Assembly: GCA_963815115.1 (NCBI GenBank)
Contig: CAWFFN010000008.1
Location: forward strand, 704,001-768,000
Direction: 5' to 3'
Length of the DNA: 64,000 nucleotides
DNA from: an uncultured delta proteobacterium
GTDB lineage: Bacteria; Desulfobacterota; Binatia; DP-6
A model generated the notes under the pieces. It worked only from the letters and a program-made list of their open reading frames with translations. It made no database searches and had not been told where the DNA came from. Positions 59,883 through 64,000 of this stretch are shown here, in pieces. Both the position numbers and the translations under genes were made by a program. Position 1 is the first letter of the stretch. Every line of letters starts with the position of its first letter.

Positions 59883-61042
59883 CGATCATTGCCGGCATCG
59901 TCCTCTTGCTGCAGGCCGTCCTCGCCGTGCGTGTCCTCGCCCGCCTCGTGCGGACGGCGGGCGGCGACCGCATCCACGCGGACGATCGGCTGCGCGACGC
60001 GCGGGTCGCGATCGTTGTCCCCGTGCTCGACGAGCGCGAGCGGATCGGCGCCTGTCTCGCGGCGCTCGCGGCGCAATCCGACGAGGTGCGGGAGATCCTC
60101 GTGGTGGACGGCGGGTCGCAGGACGGCACCCAGGCGGTCACCGCGGCACACGCCGCCGCCGATCCTCGCATCCGGCTCGTCGACGCCAGTCCGGTGCCGC
60201 CGGACGCGACCGGCAAGGCGTGGGGCCTGAGCGTCGGCCTCCGCCGGACGTCGCCCGGGACGGAGTGGATCCTCTGCGTCGACGCCGACGTGCGTGCCGC
60301 CCCGGGGCTCACCCGCGCGCTCATCGCGCACGCGGAGCGTACCGGCGTTCCCGCCTTCTCGGTGGCGACGCGGCAGCGGCTGTCCGGCGCGGGCGAGGCG
60401 CTGATCCACCCGAGCCTCCTCGCGACACTCGTCTATCGCTTCGGCAGCCCCGGCCACGCCACCGCCGATCCGTCCGCGGTGCAGGCGAACGGCCAGTGCT
60501 TCCTCGCGCGCCGCGACCTGCTGCTCGCGACCGGCGCCGTCGAGGCGGCACGCACGTCGCTCTGTGAGGACGTGACCATCGCGCGTGCGCTCGCGGCGGG
60601 CGGCCATCGCGTGGGCTTCTACGAGGCGGACGGCCTCGCCACCGTCGGCATGTACCGGAGCGGGCGAGAGGCGTGGCGGAACTGGCCGCGTTCCCTTCCC
60701 ATGCGCGACGGGTTCTTCGGATGGCGCGAGGCGCTCGGGCTCCTCGAGGTCGTGTTCGTGCAGGCGCTGCCGGGGCCCCTGCTCGTCCTCACGGCGGCCC
60801 TCGGCGGGTCACGTGCGGCGATCGGGCTCGAGGTCATGCTCGTCGCCTGCCGCCTCGGCGTGCTCGCCGGCATGGCGCGGGCCTACGTCGACCGCCCGCT
60901 CGCCTATTGGCTGTCGCCGCTGACCGACGTGCCGGTGGCGGTTCGCCTGATGACGAGCGCGCTGCGGCGCCGGCACCGGTGGCGAGGATGGTCATATGTG
61001 CGGCGCCCCCGCGGCTGGGTGCGTGTCGAGGAGGGATCGTGA
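59879..61042 (+). CDS. GT2 glycosyltransferase, probable carotenoid glycosyltransferase
   Basis: VPVLDE, VVDGGSQDGT, GKAW, VDADV, ANGQC, EDV. Confidence 0.85.
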   Translation: MTIIAGIVLLLQAVLAVRVLARLVRTAGGDRIHADDRLRDARVAIVVPVLDERERIGACLAALAAQSDEVREILVVDGGSQDGTQAVTAAHAAADPRIRLVDASPVPPDATGKAWGLSVGLRRTSPGTEWILCVDADVRAAPGLTRALIAHAERTGVPAFSVATRQRLSGAGEALIHPSLLATLVYRFGSPGHATADPSAVQANGQCFLARRDLLLATGAVEAARTSLCEDVTIARALAAGGHRVGFYEADGLATVGMYRSGREAWRNWPRSLPMRDGFFGWREALGLLEVVFVQALPGPLLVLTAALGGSRAAIGLEVMLVACRLGVLAGMARAYVDRPLAYWLSPLTDVPVAVRLMTSALRRRHRWRGWSYVRRPRGWVRVEEGS

Positions 61043-61878
61043 TGCTCGTCGGATACGTGCTCCTCGCGGCGCACGTCGTGTCGATCGTGTTCTCCGTCTC
61101 CGGGATCGTGATCGCGCTCCGGTACCCCGAGCTGTGGGCCGATTCAGCGACCGCCACCTGGGTGTTCTCCATCGGCATGCGCTGGGGCGCTCCCGGACAG
61201 ATCGCCCTCGGCGCGGGCGCCGTGCTGGTCCTTGGCGCCGCCACGCTCGGGTGGCGGCGCGTGGCGACCTTCTTCGCGCTCGCGGTGGCGGTGTCACTCG
61301 CCGCGGAGCTCGTCGGTACGACGACCGGCTGGCCGTTCGGCGCCTACGCCTACGGCGACGCGCTCGGGCCGAAGATTCTCGATCGCGTGCCGTACGCGAT
61401 CCCGCTGTCGTGGTTCTACATCGGGTTCGCGTCCTACCTCCTCGCGTCGCACCTGACGGCGCGTGCCGGTTTCGGGCGTCGGGCGGCGGCGACGGTGCTG
61501 ATCGGCGCCTGGCTGGTCACCGTGTGGGACCTCGTGCTCGACCCCGCGATGGCGCACCCGGCCATGCCGATCAAGTTCTGGATGTGGCACCAGGACGGTG
61601 CGTACTTCGGGATGCCACTCTGGAACTTCGTCGGCTGGGGCATGACCGCTGCCACCTTCATGGGCCTGGCGCGCTGGGCGTTGGGGGAGCTGCCCGTCAC
61701 GCAGCGGACCCTCCAATGGGCCGCCGCCGTCTACGGGGCGAACCTCGTCTTCGCCGCGCTGCTCGATGCTGGCGCGGGTTTCTGGGGCCCGATCGTGTTC
61801 GCGATCGTCGGGGTGTCGGTGCCGGCGCTCGCCTTCCGCGCCCGGCAGTCCGTCCGGCGCATCGCCTGGAACGTCTGA
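61042..61878 (+). CDS. cruF: CruF-type carotenoid 1,2-hydratase (DUF422)
   Basis: ELVGTTTGWPFGAYAY, VPYAIPLSW, WDLVLDP, GMPLWNFVGW. Confidence 0.85.
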   Translation: MLVGYVLLAAHVVSIVFSVSGIVIALRYPELWADSATATWVFSIGMRWGAPGQIALGAGAVLVLGAATLGWRRVATFFALAVAVSLAAELVGTTTGWPFGAYAYGDALGPKILDRVPYAIPLSWFYIGFASYLLASHLTARAGFGRRAAATVLIGAWLVTVWDLVLDPAMAHPAMPIKFWMWHQDGAYFGMPLWNFVGWGMTAATFMGLARWALGELPVTQRTLQWAAAVYGANLVFAALLDAGAGFWGPIVFAIVGVSVPALAFRARQSVRRIAWNV

Positions 61879-61885
61879 GCCGCCC

Positions 61886-62635
61886 ATGCGGGTCGTGGAA
61901 GGGATGGCGGGACGGACGATCGCCGCGGCGGCGGCCCGCATCGCCGCGCGCCGTCTCGACGTGGTCGTGGACGGGCTCGAGCACGTGCCGGCGAGCGGCC
62001 CGCTTCTGATCGTCGCGCGCCACTACCATCATCTCTACGACGGCGTGATGCTTCTCGCCGCCGTGCCGAGACGGCTGCACATCGTGGTGGCGCTCGACTG
62101 GGCGCGGACGCGCCGGGAGCGGGCGGTGATGGAATGGGCCGTCGGCGCCGCGCGCTGGCCCGCGCTGCTGCGCGACGACGCGCTCGCGGCCGGTCGGCAG
62201 CGGAGTGCGTTCCGTCGCGACGAGGTGGCGCGCTATCGTCTGGCGGCCGTCCGTCTGGCCGTCAGGCTCCTCGCCGCCGGCGCCGCGGTGCTGGTTTTCC
62301 CGGAGGCGTATCCGGACGTCGACCCGCGGTTCACGCCCAAGACGCGGCCCGGCGAGATGCTGCCGTTTCGTCCCGGTTTCGCCGTGATCCGCGAGCTCAC
62401 GCGCCGGCGGACGGGCATGAAGGTGCCGATCGTTCCCGCGGGGCTCGCCTACGAGCCCGGGACGCGCTGGGGGGCGGCGCTGCGCTTCGGGCCGGCCCTG
62501 CCCGCGGACGCGGCGACGGCCACGCTCGTGCGGATCGCCGAGCGTCGCGTCGCGGCCTTGAGCGCACCGATTCGGAGTGGGCGTGTCTCGACTGCCCTCG
62601 ACCAACGGGAGCTCGTGCTCCGGAGCCATGTCTAG
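61886..62635 (+). CDS. PlsC-like acyltransferase, probable carotenoid glycoside acyltransferase
   Basis: GLEHVP..HYHHLYD (HxxxxD), VFPEA, PIVPAG. Confidence 0.8.
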   Translation: MRVVEGMAGRTIAAAAARIAARRLDVVVDGLEHVPASGPLLIVARHYHHLYDGVMLLAAVPRRLHIVVALDWARTRRERAVMEWAVGAARWPALLRDDALAAGRQRSAFRRDEVARYRLAAVRLAVRLLAAGAAVLVFPEAYPDVDPRFTPKTRPGEMLPFRPGFAVIRELTRRRTGMKVPIVPAGLAYEPGTRWGAALRFGPALPADAATATLVRIAERRVAALSAPIRSGRVSTALDQRELVLRSHV

Positions 62636-64000
62636 TACTTCCGCCGCGACGTCTCCGCGCACCGGCGTCGTCCTCGTGGCCGGCGCGACCGGCTACGTTG
62701 GCGGGCGGCTGGTCCCCGCGCTCGAGCGCCTCGGCCACCGCCTCCGCTGCCTCGCGCGCAGACCCGAGCACCTGCGCCACCGCGTCGGGCCGCGGACCGA
62801 GGTGGTGCGCGGCGACGTCCTCGACCCCGCCTCGCTCGCCGATGCGATGCGCGGGGTGGAAGTCGCCTACTATCTCGTCCATTCGATGGGCGCCCGCGGG
62901 CCGTTCGAGGAAACTGATCGGATGGCGGCCGTGAACTTCGGCCGCGCCGCGTCCGCGGCCGGGGTCCGGCGGATCGTCTACCTCGGCGGGCTCGGCGACG
63001 AGGGGGCTCCACTCTCACCGCATCTCCGCAGCCGGCACGAGGTCGGACGCGTCCTGCGCGCGAGTCGCGTCCAGGTGATCGAGTTCCGCGCCTCGATCGT
63101 CATCGGCTCCGGGAGCCTCTCCTTCGAGATGGTGCGCGCCCTGGTCGAGCGGATCCCGATCATGGTGACACCGCGCTGGGTCGACGTTCCGGCCCAGCCG
63201 ATTGCCATCGACGACCTGCTCGGCTACCTCGTTGCAGCTCTCGACGTCGCCGTCGCCGGGAGCCCGATCTTCGAGATCGGCTGCGCCGACCAGGTGTCGT
63301 ACGCCGACATCATGCGCGAGTATGCACGCCAGCGCGGTCTCCGCCGCATCATGGTCCGGGTTCCCGTGCTGACCCCGCGGCTGTCAAGCCTCTGGCTCGG
63401 GCTCGTCACGCCGCTCTACGCGCGCGTCGGCCGGAAGCTGATCGACAGCATCCGTCATCCGACCGTTGTGCGCGACACGGCGGCCGCGCACGTCTTCGCC
63501 GTCCGTCCCCGGGGGCTGCGCGAGGCGATCGCGAGCGCGCTCCGGCGCGAGGACGCCGCGTACGCGGCCACCCGCTGGTCCGACGCGCTGTCGGCGTCGG
63601 GCACGGGCACGGACAGGAGCGACATGCGGTTCGGACGGCGCCTCGTGGACTCCCGCACGGTGCGCCTGCCGGTCCCGCCGCCGGCGGCCTTTGCACCGAT
63701 CCGCCGCATCGGCGGCGCCTGCGGCTGGTACTTCTCCGACTGGCTCTGGACCCTGCGCGGACTCCTCGATCTGCTCGCGGGCGGCGTCGGCATGCGGCGC
63801 GGACGGCCGGATCCCGATCGCCTGCACGTCGGCGACACCGTGGACTGCTGGCGCGTTGAGGCGCTGGAGCCGGACCGGCGGCTCCGCCTCGCGGCCGAGA
63901 TGCGCCTCCCCGGCCGGGCGTGGCTCGAGTTCGAGGTCACCGAGGACGGTGACGGATCGCTCGTCCGGCAGACGGCAATCTTCGATCCGGTCGGACTGGC
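62628..64000 (+). CDS. NAD(P)-binding SDR with DUF2867 domain (YbjT-like), runs off window
   Basis: GATGYVGGRL, YYLVHSM, SPHLRSRHEVG, IGGACGWY, AEMRLPGRAWLEF. Confidence 0.88.
   Translation, partial: MSSTSAATSPRTGVVLVAGATGYVGGRLVPALERLGHRLRCLARRPEHLRHRVGPRTEVVRGDVLDPASLADAMRGVEVAYYLVHSMGARGPFEETDRMAAVNFGRAASAAGVRRIVYLGGLGDEGAPLSPHLRSRHEVGRVLRASRVQVIEFRASIVIGSGSLSFEMVRALVERIPIMVTPRWVDVPAQPIAIDDLLGYLVAALDVAVAGSPIFEIGCADQVSYADIMREYARQRGLRRIMVRVPVLTPRLSSLWLGLVTPLYARVGRKLIDSIRHPTVVRDTAAAHVFAVRPRGLREAIASALRREDAAYAATRWSDALSASGTGTDRSDMRFGRRLVDSRTVRLPVPPPAAFAPIRRIGGACGWYFSDWLWTLRGLLDLLAGGVGMRRGRPDPDRLHVGDTVDCWRVEALEPDRRLRLAAEMRLPGRAWLEFEVTEDGDGSLVRQTAIFDPVGL

Overview
A very GC-rich bacterial window. 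Gene content (F420-type nitroreductase, two-domain fatty acyl-CoA reductase, Myxococcus-like carotenoid operon, many type II TA modules) suggests a Binatia/Myxococcota-like lineage; this is inference only. About 3-43.5 kb is a heavily eroded accessory region. It holds at least 12 toxin-antitoxin genes or remnants, IS3/IS110/IS256 pieces, HNH nucleases, an XPB-like helicase, a stand-alone AEP primase and small catabolic operons. These are punctuated by three copies of a ~200-bp repeat ending in the 3' half of tRNA-Thr(CGT), two tRNA-Gly(CCC) 3' halves, and several integron attC-like remnants. No intact tRNA or integrase is visible in the window. 43.6-53 kb is a TetR-controlled molybdoenzyme/SDR/GST cluster. 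53.4-64 kb is a divergent carotenoid cluster: crtE-crtI-crtB-HMG-CoA reductase-carH on one side; unknown secreted protein, glycosyltransferase, cruF, acyltransferase and an SDR on the other. A readable CarH-type 11-bp-repeat operator lies between them. All calls are from motif recognition by eye; no searches were run.
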